From contig OX597827.1 of the NCBI GenBank assembly GCA_951406725.2, positions 21,638,001-21,702,000 on the forward strand: DNA of 64,000 nt, in the 5' to 3' direction. Each line of letters starts with the position of its first letter. Position 1 is the first letter of the stretch. Position numbers and translations under genes: made by a program. Below are positions 1-12,631 of this stretch, one piece after another. This stretch comes from Octopus vulgaris. Taxonomy: Eukaryota. Below the pieces are notes generated by a model, which searched no databases, was not told the DNA's origin, and saw only the letters and a list, made by a program, of their open reading frames with translations.

Positions 1-406
1 CCTGTAGCTTTGCTCTCTTTTACAAACCCAGTGAACATACATATATTTCCTATTTCAAAGAAATTCAAACAAGATATAAGACCCAAGTTAAAAAGATTCT
101 CAACAATTCAACTTCTCTGGCTGACATTAAGACACCCACCCCCAATACAGGCCTTAACTCCCACATTTTAGAGCTCCATGACCTCCATTTTTCAGGAGCA
201 AAATCCTTTTAACAGGTGCTATAAGACTGGAATTTTGGAATCTGCGCATAAAAATCAGTAGTATGGGGTACATGTGTCATGATTAGAATTTTTTAGGATG
301 TGTAAAGAAGGAAAGAATCCTCATCTGCAATTGTGATGAAATTCGAATTATAGGTATTCCAGTTCATTACAGAAAATATAGCAGAAAATTCTAATTCTTC
401 AATTGC

Positions 407-440
407 ATGTAACACGGGCAACGCCAGGTATCTCTGCTAG
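407..440 (+). mobile_element. Helitron-type 3' terminus (element extends upstream)
   Basis: Imperfect hairpin CACGGGCAACGCCAGGT about 10 nt before CTAG|T. Confidence 0.5.
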
Positions 441-1300
441 TGCATATATATATATATTCTCTTACTTGTTTCAGTCATTTGGCTGTGACCATGCTGGAGC
501 ACTGCCTTTAGTCAAGCAAATTAAACCCAGGACTTATTCTTTGTAAGCCTAGTACTTATTCTATCAGTCTCTTTTGCTGAACTGCTAAGTTACAAAGACA
601 TAGACACACCAACATCGGTTGTCAAGCGATGGTGGGGGGACAAATACTGACTCACAAATATAAACATACATACACACATATATATATATATATATACTAG
701 CATTAAAGACCCGTCGTTGCCAGGTCATAGTGCTAGTGCATGTATATATGTGTATATATATGTGTACATATTACATGTACATCTATATATATACATCTAC
801 ACATAAAATACAAAGTTATATCTTGATATCGCTAGTGATAACAATACTCAAAATATATAACAGACTGGAATTGTTAGCCCGTCTCTTGTAATTTCGATCA
901 ATTGTATCTTGTCCTCCCTCTTGTGTGGCTACAATCCGACGGCTGCAGCAAAATTCACTTTTGGACTTTCTTCTATCAAAGATATTTTAACAAAAATACT
1001 TCCGTGTAAACGGTGAAAATATTGTCAATTTCCCCAAACAGGGACACAATTCAATTTTTAAACAATAACCAAAGCTCCTTCTCCCAAAGGGGGAGGGTTA
1101 CGGTTTACAATTATTTAACAAATGCAACACAACAACGCTTCCCTTACGAGGAACCAACAAACGTGATAACAATAGTTAAACAGAAATAATAATAACAACA
1201 AACCTTACGGTAAACCAAAAAGCAGTACTCTATTGAAGCAATAGGCCTTTATGGATCAGAAATAAACTAACAGCAGTACTCAGTAGAATGCTCAATGCTA

Positions 1301-2589
1301 CGAGGGGCGTTCAATAAGTAATGCCCCTGACCCACTTCCCATAGCAGTAGAGCAACAAAACTTGGCACAGTTATTAATCTTTTTCTACATAGCAACCACC
1401 CAGAGTTACGCATTTCTCCCATTGTTTGATGCAGCTCTGGAGACCGTTTTTGTAGAAGACCCCAGCTTGGTCCTCCAACCTGAATGTGACTTCAGAAATC
1501 AAGGCTGCATCATCTGGGAAACACTTTCCTTTCAAAAACAACTTCATGACTGGGAAGAGGTGAAAATCAGAGGGTGCAAGGTCAGGAAAGTAGGGGGATG
1601 GGGGAGGAGTTCATAGCCATATGCTTGTGCTTCTGATCTGGCGACAAGCGAGTTGTGGACCGGAGCGTTGTCCTGCAGGAGGAGGATGCCTTTGCTGATC
1701 TTGCCCCGCCTCTTGATTTTGATGACTTCTCTTAATTTCCTCAAAAGTGAAGCATAATAGGCTCCTGCAATTGTGGTACCCTTTGCCAGGAAATCTGTCA
1801 TCACTACTCCGTCCTGGTCCCAGAAGACTGTGAGCATGACCTTGCCAGCGGAGGGCTGCACCCTTGCCTTCTTTGGAGGGGGTGAGTCACGGTGCTTCCA
1901 CTGCATTGACTGGGCTTTGGTCTCTGGATCATCGTGATGGACCCAGGTTTCATCCTGTGTAATCAGTCTTTTGAAAAATTTTGACTCATCTTCTTGGCAC
2001 ATCTCCAAATTCACCCTCGAGCACTCAACGCGTTCTTGCTTCTGGAAAGGCGTGAGCAACCTGGGAATCCATCTGGCAGACACCTTTTGCATATGCAAAT
2101 GGTCATGAATGATAGTTCCACAGACCCGGTACTAATCTTGACCTCATGGGCTATTTGGCAAATAATTATGCGTCGATCTTCCAAAATGGCAGCCTCAACT
2201 TGACGGACAGATGCCTCATCAATGGCAGAAGGGGCGACCAGATCTGGGAGCTGTTTCCACAGAGTTCCGACCATGTTTGAATTCACGATGTCAGCGTTTT
2301 ACAAGGTCATATGATGGGGCATCATCACCATAAGTTACTTTCATTTCATCAAAAGTCTCCCGTGGTGTGCGTCCTTTCAAATACAAAAACCGGATCACTG
2401 CTCGACACTCAACAGGCTCCATTTCACACTTGACTCGGTTCAAACACCTGTAAATCAGAAACCACAATTAATTCAGAGCTGTAATTTGCCACTTACTCTA
2501 TAGAGATATAAATGATTGCACGTGCAAAATTTCAGCTAGATCAAACAACTCCAAGTGGGTCAGAGGCATTACTTATTGAACATCCCTCG
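1301..2589 (-). mobile_element. Full-length mariner (Tc1/mariner, DD34D) transposon
   Basis: TIRs CGAGGGGCGTTCAATAAGTAATGCCCCTGACCCACTT and AAGTGGGTCAGAGGCATTACTTATTGAACATCCCTCG. TA duplication at 1299-1300 and 2590-2591. Length 1289 bp. Confidence 0.96.
1374..2422 (-). pseudogene. Frameshifted mariner transposase
   Basis: Starts MEPVECRAVIRFLYLKG. Contains WIPRLL, LITQDETWVHH, LLLQDNAPVH and a frameshifted YxPDLAPSDFHLF motif. Broken over ORFs 2011..2286 and 1544..2098. Confidence 0.93.
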
Positions 2590-3212
2590 TAGCTAATTAG
2601 CAAATAATCTAATGTAAAAGCCGTGCACACCTCCATCTGGACTATTCCATTTCTGCACGCTAATTTTATTTTTTCTTTATTCCCATTCATATGAAACCAC
2701 TGATTCAAGTTCAAGTCATTGATGCAATTGCTATATTTTTACTTTTGTTATGTTACGATAATATTATACTTTAGTTTGATTTTAATTATTACTTACTACA
2801 TATAATTCAATTGTTATTATTATTTTTATTGTTAAAGTGAAAGTATCTGACATAAAATAGAGAAATGTTTTTGTTTCACTTTTAACACGTAATACTGAAA
2901 TAGTGGAGAAGATATGATATTGCTATGGGCTCGCTCTAGGCAAGAAGTTGAACTTTTTTTGCCCATGAAACTACATGGACCCTAAGTAAAGCATGTGTAA
3001 AATTTGAATGAAATTGGTTGTGTAGTTCTCAAGTTTTAGGGAAACACACAGACAGACAGACACACACACACACATTCTCAGTTTTATATATATAAAGATA
3101 TGATTGGCTTCTTTCAGTTTTTGTCTACCAAACCCACTCACAAGGCTTTGGTCAGCCCGAGGCTATAGTAGAAGACACTTGCTCAAGGTGCCACGCAGTG
3201 GGACTGAAACTG

Positions 3213-3274
<62 letters not shown>

Positions 3275-3597
3275 CGATGGGTGAATGAATTATCCTATGT
3301 TTACCGTTAACATGGAAAATTCAATGAACTGTTACCAGGGTAGTAAATTCACGTCAGAAACTCAGTTGAAGCGACCTATCCAAAGGTAGAAACTCAGGGT
3401 TAATGTGCAGTAATTTGTGTGTTACAGATGAATAAATAAATAAATGGAGTTGAACGAAGATGTTAATGAAATTCCTTTACTTTCGACATATGTTTCGAAG
3501 ACTAACAGTTTTTTTAAATACTTAATAATGTTCTGTTTATCATGTAGGCAGCCATCGTAAATGTTATAATGTCTTGTTGTTGACAGAGGCTCTCTTT

Positions 3598-3679
3598 CTT
3601 TCCTGATGAGAAGATTGCATCTTACACTGTTTATCCCTTTGGAATAAAACCATGTTGTCTTCGAAACATATGTCGAAAG
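3598..3679 (+). ncRNA. Type I minimal hammerhead ribozyme in a Penelope-like fold-back insert (3426-3733)
   Basis: Stem I CTTTC/GAAAG, core CTGATGA (3603-3609), stem II GAAGA/TCTTC, GAAA (3663-3666), stem III with palindrome ACATATGT. Cleavage triplet GUC, after 3674. Confidence 0.8.
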
Positions 3680-3857
3680 TAAAGGAATTTTATTAACATC
3701 TTCATTCAACTCCATTTATTTATTTATTCATCTATATATATATATATATATATATTAATAATAATATGACAACAAAAGGAATGAATGAGACCTCAATATT
3801 GTGTAAAATAGAGGAATTTATCAATAAATATAACATGTGACAATTAGTTGGTTGTCG

Positions 3858-3920
3858 TAATAAAACTCACAGTTTCAGATGTTGGGGCTGAAGTCTGCTC
3901 TGGCACCTCATCAGTTATTA
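3858..3920 (-). ncRNA. Slightly degenerate type I hammerhead in fold-back element 3760-4005
   Basis: Minus strand reads TAATAA-CTGATGA-GGTG...CATCT-GAAA-CTGTGAG-TT-TTATTA. Stem I is a perfect 6 bp and stem II is imperfect. A related copy lies at 32930-33110. Confidence 0.55.
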
Positions 3921-4018
3921 AGACATGCCGGAGCAGACTTCAGCCCCAACATCTGAAACTGAGTTTTATTAAGACAACCAACTAATTATCACATATTATA
4001 CTTTTATATATATATATA

Positions 4019-4353
4019 GGCGCAGGAGTGGCTGTGTGGTAAGTAGCTTGCTTACCAACCACGTGGTTCCGGGTTCAGTCCCACTGTGTGGCATCTTGGG
4101 CAAGTGTCTTCTGCTATAGCCCCGGGCCGACCAATGCCTTGTGAGTGGATTTGGTAGACGGAAACTGAAAGAAGCCTGTCGTATATATGTATATATATAC
4201 GTGTGTGTTTACGTCCCTGTCACTTAGCGGTTCGGCAAAAGAGACCGATAGAATAAGTACTGGGCTTACAAAGACTAAGTCCCGGGGTCGATTTGTTCGA
4301 CTAAAGGCGGTGCTCCAGCATGGCCGCAGTCAAATGACTGAAACAAGTAAAAG
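4019..4353 (+). mobile_element. Major tRNA-derived SINE (octopus OR/OK-like family)
   Basis: Head GGCGCAGGAGTGGCTGTGTGG with B-box-like GGTTCAGTCCC. Ends ...GACTGAAACAAGTAAAAGA. Near-identical copies elsewhere in the window. Confidence 0.85.
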
Positions 4354-4424
<71 letters not shown>

Positions 4425-5743
4425 ATGTATGTAGGTGCCAATGATGAGAAACAAGTTATTATGACAGAGAAGAAAAATATTTTGCTAGAAAATCAATAAG
4501 AGAGCCTCTATGTGGTTTCTTGACCTGCTAATAATAGTAGACACATCTCCCTCAAAACACATCTGTCATACAAAAAGAATACAACAGGGGGACATATTAG
4601 ATAATGCCATCATAGATACAATATGTGTGAATACCAGTTATGAGAGTCGTGGTTGAATTGTCTTTGATCATAAATGAATCCTCAGTCTGAGCTGAGTTTG
4701 GGTTTAATAGCAGCAACAACAGTACAGTGGAAGATTAATAGAAAGAAGACGAAAACTAGAGCATTAGTAGCCAAGACTGTTGATAGTAATGACTGTGAAA
4801 TCCCTCAGGCTTTCTCACTATTAGGGTAGGGGCCAGAACAAGAGGAGAGGGGATATAAATATAGTCAACCTTTTGCTCAGTTGCACACCTGGGTTTCAAT
4901 TATTTTTTGTGTGTTTTACTACATAAAGGTCATCAACTGCCTACCCTGAGTAATTACTGATGGCATATACCTGATATATATATATATAATGTATATATAT
5001 ATATATATGTATATGTTGTTGTTATTATTATTATTATTATCATTATTATTATTCAGGTCACTGCCTGGAATCGAACTCAGAATTTTGGGGTTAGTAGCCT
5101 GTGCTCTTAACCACTACGTCGTATGTTTGTCAAATGTAAATAACGTACATAATTCCTCATCTCTTAAATATAGAACAATATTTATGTTTTCTTCAGAATA
5201 AATAGGGTCAGTGGTCCCCAATTTCCTGCCAGGATTGACTTCCTTACTCTACACTTCTCCTCAAGCATTCACTGGCAGTTAGGGTTTATGCTTGGAGTTA
5301 TGCTTTTATACTTCTCCTCATCTTGCTGCTCTCTGCGATTGCCAAGCCTAAACTGCCCCTCCCCTCAATTATATCACAAATGTAGATGCAGTGGTGGTTT
5401 CTTCTGGAGATATACTTTCATGAAAGCTAAAGAGGGCAGCTCATCACTCACTCACTTGATATTTCTAAGTCCTCGTGCTTTTGCCTGGTGGTTGTGGAAC
5501 TTATATTCAGCTCAGCTTTTCCTTTTGATAAATATAGTATTTGTCCTGCTGGACATCTTGCAACCCATCCACCACCACCATCAAGTCTAGTGGAGCGGGG
5601 TGGGGCTGGTTTAGTCACTGATGACCTGACTATGGAAACAGGTCATACTGGATTACACTGTGAGTAACCTGGTGTGCGTGTGAGAGAGGGACCTGACACA
5701 TTATATCTATCTATCTATCTATCTATATATATATATATATATA

Positions 5744-5845
5744 CTTTATTTAAAGCAGCAGAAAATTCTACAAAACCTGTTACTCTGAGTTTCGAGTTGC
5801 TCAGAGTAACAGGTTTTGTAGAATTTTCTGCTGCTTTAAATAAAG
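5744..5845. repeat. Perfect 46-bp inverted repeat (Penelope-like fold-back) between (TA)n tracts
   Basis: Arms 5744-5789 and 5800-5845 with a 10-nt loop. The minus strand carries a hammerhead-like 3' half, GAAACTCAGAGTA. Confidence 0.85.
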
Positions 5846-5915
5846 CATATTACTCTACCACTGGTATTTGAGTACCCTTTTTTCCACCTTGTTTCACATT
5901 TATGTGTTTACTTCG

Positions 5916-5966
<51 letters not shown>

Positions 5967-6089
5967 GATGAATATGGTACTTAAGTTAAGGCACCAGAAT
6001 TTAGTACAGTATTATCCACACAATTTCAAAATAAGGTGATTAAAATCAAAATAAGCAACAAGGATATCCAGGGGAGTGTGTATATATAC

Positions 6090-6340
6090 ATCACCATCAT
6101 CATCATTATTTAATGTCCGTTTTCCATGCTGGCATGGGTTGGATGGTTTGACTGGGGACTGGTAAGCCAAGGGGCCACACCAGGCTCCAGTCTGATCTGG
6201 CAATGTTTCTACAGCTGGATACCCTTCCTAATGCCAACCACTCTGAGAGTGTAGTGGGTGCTTTTTACGTGCCACCGGTACAGGAGCCTGTCAAGCTGCA
6301 CTGGCATCGCCCATGTTCAGATGGTGCTTTTTACATACGT
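6090..6340 (-). mobile_element. RTE-related SINE or LINE 3' end with (GAT)n tail. Other copies near 9000, 12830, 20460, 21245, 27560, 38000, 40500, 48985, 49720, 53545, 58396, 58578, 59220 and 60532
   Basis: Shared core GCTGGATGCCCTTCCTAA(C/T)GCCAACCAC and terminal ...GGACGTTAAACGATGATGATG. The same core follows RTE coding sequence at 49260-50095. Confidence 0.8.
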
Positions 6341-6391
6341 ATATGTGCATGTGAACGCATCAGGACCAGACATATGCATATACAAGTACAC

Positions 6392-6435
<44 letters not shown>

Positions 6436-7082
6436 ATGCGTGTGTGTGTGTGTGCATGCATGTGTATGCGTGTGAAAAAGTATGTTAGATTTACAAACAG
6501 AAGGAAAATACTTTCAATACATTATGTGGAATATATAAATTCTATTTTTGAAGATGGAATTATATTGGCAGTTTCTCTGGCATTCAAGTTTCATATACAA
6601 CATTTGTTGAAACATATTTGACCCTGCAAGTGTTGCACCCAACACTCAAGCACCAAAGTTACTACTGGAATATTTCCAACTTAAAAAATAAATTAGATGC
6701 ATGTCTGTAGGTGTTGTAGCCAGGATTAGAAACTCGTCTACTTGGGTCAATAGTTCTTCATTAATAACTGATGAAATTCTAAAAATGCTATTTCTTCAAA
6801 GAGACTTTTACTTCTCACCATTCCTCGGATATCAATTGTACCACATTCTTCATTTTCTGCAGATTCTTAATGATAATTCCAATGCCCTCACTGAAGATAA
6901 CCCTGGTTTTATCTAATGTCAGATAGAATTAAGTTGGGTGCCCTTTACTTTGACTGTCTTTCACTAGAATTTGATTCTTGAGGAAATCTTAAAACCAAAC
7001 GATATAAAAAGAGAAACAAATATTTATTCCATCAATTATTGAAAAGTTTCTTTTCTTGATATAATCCTAAATTAGCTCTCTT

Positions 7083-7500
7083 GGATCTTTTCGGTTTGGA
7101 CGGCAGTTTTTTCTAGCGGTGTCATATGAAATTGTCACCCATAATTATGACCCTAGTATCGATCTATTGCATTTCAATCAGTTTTAGGGTTAGGGTTAGG
7201 GTTAGGGGTGGAGAGAAGGGTATCTTTTTTTCTTCACAAATGTAAATAAACCCAATCTGTATCTTAAACGAGGGACATATTCATACGGCACAGAATGTTT
7301 TTTACCTCAATAGACGTCAGTGATTGGTTGAAATTGCAGAAATTGAAGAAAAAACAAATATCTTACAAACTATAGAATTTTCTCAATAAAGCCAAGAAAA
7401 AAAGATGTTTTATAAACACATTCTACCAGTATACGAAGTTTAAAATGTTTTAGTTACCTAGAAATTATGTTAAAAACTGCCATTCAAACCGAAAAGATCC
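7083..7500. mobile_element. MITE with GG-terminal TIRs and 8-bp TSD (Merlin-like), containing (TTAGGG)n
   Basis: TIR GGATCTTTTCGGTTTGGACGGCAGTTTTT and AAAAACTGCCATTCAAACCGAAAAGATCC. TSD GCTCTCTT at 7075-7082 and 7501-7508. TTAGGG x4 at about 7184-7207. Confidence 0.85.
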
Positions 7501-8411
7501 GCTCTCTTAACTGCAACTACAATATACTGGTGCCATGTCTGTTTCCATGCCAACAATCCTCTCAATGTACCCCTCTTATAGAATCACTTCAGACGTGATT
7601 CCACTGTAAAATCCACTGTTCTGAATATCATAGAGGCACCTGGAAAAGGAATCAATATATTTTTCTGAAATTATTGCAAAATATTTTTGAATTTAACAAA
7701 AAAAAAAAAATTTGAGACAATCAAAGTATGAATGTGAAATACCATTCTTTGATATTGGCAAAGGTCAAACTTGGAGAATTCCTGATTCCTGAAATTATCT
7801 CCCTTCCTCAAGTGGAACTGGCCTTAATTGTCATTTGGTTATTATGATACATCCCCAAGAGACAGAGAGAATTATCACAAATCAAGCATTTATGTTGTAT
7901 GGTATTTGATGTACCTGTATTTGTCTATGGTGTTCAAATACATGCCACTGGCCATTCTAGAGTTATTTCTCTTATTATGCAAATTTCCTCGGACACAAAT
8001 ATATATATATATTTTTTTTTTAAATATTTTTGTATAAGTCTCAGTCTCTTGGCTCCTGGAGATGAGGCAGGACAATTGTGCTGCTGGTGATGATGACTCT
8101 GATGAGTCTGGAACATGGGACCACGATTGTCCTCTTACCACCTGATCTTTTTGTTAATATCGTATCAACTTTAGAGAATTCTTGAACCTTTTAATTATCT
8201 CCCATTCTCAAGTGGAACTGGTTATAATTGTCATTTATTAATTATGAAACATCATTAGAGGCAGAAATAATTTTAATAAATCGAGAATTTATGCTATATT
8301 GTATTTGATATATCTATATTTGTCTATTATGCATGTGCATATGTGTGTGTGTGTATATATAAATATATATACATAAACACACACACACACATATACATGT
8401 ATGTATGTATG

Positions 8412-8455
<44 letters not shown>

Positions 8456-9426
8456 CATGTATTTATGTATGTATGTATGTATGTATGTATGTATGTGTGT
8501 ATGTATGCATGTATGTATGCATGCATGTATATGCTAATTATACAAGCAATTTGATTTCTGCTTGTTAGTAAATTCTCCACAAATGTAGGAATATTCCTTT
8601 ATAACTTCTAAGGAGCAAACCATCAATTGTACCTATCTAAATTCTTTGGTACAACATTGTAATATTCCTGGAAAGTCTTAATGTATTAATTATTAATTAT
8701 TTGAAAGTAAAATTCTGGAATGAGAAAACCTGATGCCGTAATATCTAAGAGAATAATTTTTTAGAATAATTTCAATGACCTTAAATTGCTCAAAATTTTA
8801 GAAAAATTAAGACACAGCAAAAATTAAGTTTGATTAGATTTGTTTTTTATATAGCATGTCTCCATTTCCTTTTACTGATTTAAAGAACAACATAGAATAA
8901 ATTGTTCAATATCGAAGTGAAAATAAAGAGGAAATTAAGTATTTTATAAATTTAATGGAAAAAATATGAACAAATTGAAAATGGATCTGAACAATCATCA
9001 TCATCATCATCGTCATCATTATTATTATTTAATGTCTGTTTCCCATACTGGTATTGGTTGGAGAGTTTGAAAGGAGTCAGCAAATCAGAAGGCTGCACCA
9101 AACTCCACTGTCTGCTCTGGCATGGTTTCTATGGCTGGATGCCCTTCCAAATGCCAACCACTTTACAGGATGGTCTGGGTGCTCTTTTCCTTGGCACCAG
9201 CACTGTGTGAGGTCACCAAGTACCTTGAAAGACAAAGACCTACAACTGAGAGGAGGGATTCTACTGGGATGAGTCTTTGTGGCTGGGAATGAGAGGTGAA
9301 ATCATGATAGGACGGAAGCAGGTGTCTTTCTGTAGAGGAAATACATAGTTTATCCCAGTTGGAAAAAAGAGAGACAAAGAAAGAGAGAGAAAGAGAGAGA
9401 GGAAGAAGGGTGGTGGTGAAGATGTG

Positions 9427-12400
9427 TGTTGTGATGAGAGTTATGACACCCCCCTCTCAAGAAATAGATTGGTCCAAGCAATTATAAACAGTAGTGGTTG
9501 GAATGAAGTTTGCATGTTAGTTCAACCTGAACTTGCACCGAAACTGTAAGTTGTTCTAATGGTAGTCATTCGAATTACTGTGTGTTGGTCCCGTCACTAG
9601 AATGTGGTAAGGATTCGATTCCCCTGCTCACAATATATCAGCTACAGCTGTGCAGTGTTAACCAGTTAGAGGAGATGTCTTCTTGGGGTCAAAAATCACA
9701 GTTAAGTCTGTTTGAACAAAAAACAAGAGTGCTGTGTGCAACGAAAAATAGTACCTAAGAGTCAGGCAACAATTACGTTACAACATCTGGCAACAAGGGT
9801 TTCAAAGCTCATCTAGGTTATTTAACCAATTTGTTCATGATACAACTTGTTAAATGATGGAAGACCTATTAGTTCCTATAATACAGTTGCAAGAGTAAGA
9901 ACAAGAACAACAACAGGATTTGCAGAAGCAACTAGTACAGCAACAACAATTATTGGAGCTATATGCCAAGAAGTCAGAAAATTTGGTAAGTTCATTTTCA
10001 CCAGGGGCGCATGAAACTCCATAACAGAATTCAGTTATAACCCAGAGTAAATATAACTTTTGCAGCATACTACAAAAGGTACAAGGAGATTTTTAAGGAA
10101 GATTGCAAAACATGGTCGGACAAAGAAAAAGTAAGGTCTGAGCATGAACAATACTGTAATTTCATATTGCCTAAAAAGTCTAGTGAAATTGTTTTCAGGG
10201 AACAATCAAATTATTGTCTAACATTTTCGGTGATAAAACTTCTCTATTTAACAATTGAATGGAGTGTTGGAATTTAACTAAAAAAAAAAGGATGATGACT
10301 TTATTATGCATGAAGGAACAGTCAACAGAATGTGTGAAAGTTTTAAACTTGAAGAACTTACTCCTGAGACGTTTAAGTGCCTCATTTTTGTATAAGGCTT
10401 TACAGCAAATGAAGATACAGAAATATGGGCAAGAATTCTTCCAAAACTTGAACAAGTGAACTCAGATTTAACCCAGCAGATTGTTGCAGAGAGTGTCAAA
10501 GGATGGTAAACCTGAATCATGACATAAGAAAAATTCAAGAAAAAGATTTCACAAAAACACAGATATGTCGACCGAGAAAGTATAGCCAAAGAAGATTGCT
10601 AGGTCTTAATCCATGTTTCAGATGTGGAGGGCTACATTTCAAAAAAGATTGTCTTTTTTAAAACTAAAAAAAGTAAAAAAATTTGGACACAAGAGTTCAC
10701 ACTGCAGAACAAAAGTCTCAAGATCAAATGTAGGAAGTAAAATCGATTCCCAAATAAGGAAATTTGTACAAGTAAAAGTAAACGGACAAAATCTTAAATT
10801 ACAACTGGATTCTGGTAGTGACATTTCAATCATTAACACCAACAAGTGGAAGAAAATAGGGAAAGGTATGTTAAGAAAAACAGCAAAGACTGCACATGAC
10901 GGGTGACAAACTACACTTTGTAGGTGAGATGTGGAATGATGTCACACTTCAAGGAAAAACTTGCAAAAGTTTCCATTGTAAAGAATGCAACCAATCTATT
11001 TGGTACTGACTGGTTGGAATTATTTGACTTATGGGATTTCCTAATAAACCAGTAATGTAAAAAATTAAATGGCTGCCTCACCAATGAAGCGTTATGTGTA
11101 ATGTTATTCACAAACTGCCAGAGACAGCGTAGGAAATAAAAATGAAATCCACAGAGGTTAATTACAAGAATGAAAGAAATGTTGAAAAATGAGCAAAATA
11201 AAAATACAAATTTGAATAATTTTTCACTATGCAACAATGTTTTAATGTACACGCAAAGCGTGGTTGTATCATTTGCAGAAACAAGTATTGCAAAGGTTCC
11301 ACAGTGGACACCCGAAAATGTCGAGAATGAAAGCCTTAATGGGAAGCTTTGTATATTGGCCAACAATGGACCAGAACATTGAAAATTGTGTAAAATCATA
11401 AAGAGATTGTACGCTAGCAACCAATGGTGAAATACCAATCATGGCCTGAAACAGATAATCTGTGGTCCACGGTATTGCTATTGATTACGCTGGACTGGTG
11501 AATGGTGCATACTATCTAATCATTGTTGATAGTGGTACAAAGTGGCCAGAGGTATGCAGGTGCAATAAACCAAATACAAAGACAACAATAAAGTTCCTGT
11601 ATGAATTATTTGCCTGATACGGTGTTCCAGGCATGTTGGTGTCAGATAATGCAACACATTTTACAGGTTATGAATTCAAAAATTTCTGCAAAATACATGC
11701 AAAAAAACCATATTTTTATCCCACCCTACCACCCAAGGTCAAACAGGCAGGTAGAAAGATTCGTTGATATATTCAAGCAAGCATTAAAAAAAAGCCAGGT
11801 ATGTCATAGTTAATGACCAGGTGCTAACAAAATTCTTGAAGATATATATAGTAATGCCCAATCCAAATACCAGTTCAGGAAAATCTCTGGCAGAGTTAAT
11901 GTTTGCACAAAAAATAAAATCGATCTTCAATGAATTATTGTTAGGAAAAAATATATTAAAGGAAATATAGAAAATACAACAAAGCATTTTAAAGTAAGAA
12001 ATAAAGTTCATTTTAAAATTTACAAAAATGGTAAAGAAGACTGGGAGGGTGGTTTTGTAACTAAAAGATTAGGAAACATGATATATGTAATCAAAGGACA
12101 ACATTGGGAACGTAAGACACCTAAACCAATTAAAGACGAGACATACTGAAGAACAAAAGGAAATACCAATGGAAGTCTACTATGACATGTCTGAGGTGCC
12201 AGCACGAAAAGAGATTGAGCCTCATAGAAGCAGCAGTAGAAAAAGGAAACAGACTATACTCTTAGAAGTAATGCCAAAACAAAAAAGATATTAGATTTCT
12301 AAAGAAAAAAAGAAGAAAGGGAAGTGCTGGAAAAAGAAAAGGAAAAATAAAATGAATTTCACTTCTTATGGAAGTTGAAATCTCAAAAAGGGGAGATGTT

Positions 12401-12631
12401 GTGATGAGAGTCATGACACCTCCTTGTGGGAAATAGATTGATCCAAGCAATTATAAATAGCAGTGGTGTGAGTGAGTAGACAGTTTGTCGGAGTGAAGTT
12501 TGTGTGTTAATTTGAGTTGAGTTCACAGTGAATTTGGAAGGTGTTGGTTGGTTAATTTGTTTGGAACATCGATTGTTGGATTGTTACATTGTTATTATGG
12601 CTGCATTGTTATCTTGTTTACTGTTACAACA
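9427..12631 (+). mobile_element. Degenerate Gypsy/Ty3 LTR retrotransposon lacking RT/RNase H
   Basis: 5' LTR 9427-9785 (TG...CA), PBS-like TGGCAACAAGG at 9788, PPT AAAAAGGGGAGA at 12385-12396, and 3' LTR 12397-12631 sharing both ends. Internal gag CCHC remnant, protease LQLDSGSDISII, and integrase remnants (IDYAG, IVDSGTKWPEV, PPYHPRSNRQVERFVDIFK). Confidence 0.88.

Larger units (their letters stand above)
697..3098 (-). mobile_element. Non-autonomous Helitron-type element hosting the mariner
   Basis: Minus strand begins A|TCTTTATATATATAAAAC followed by a GTCT microsatellite. It ends with the hairpin GACCTGGCAACGACGGGTC and CTAG|T. A/T target site, no TSD. Confidence 0.65.
457..3215 (-). mobile_element. 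Major tRNA-derived SINE split into 457-690 and 3100-3215 by the Helitron+mariner insertion
   Basis: Both pieces match successive parts of the intact copies at 29030 and 32340. The break lies in the internal (TA/CA) microsatellite. Confidence 0.75.

Noticed and set aside
7184-7207. Telomere or chromosome-fusion relic
   Set aside because: Only about four units, lying inside a TSD-flanked MITE.
6500-7645. Coding-looking minus-strand sequence with an acceptor at about 7641
   Set aside because: Stops in all frames and no recognisable motif; could be UTR, lncRNA or decayed TE.
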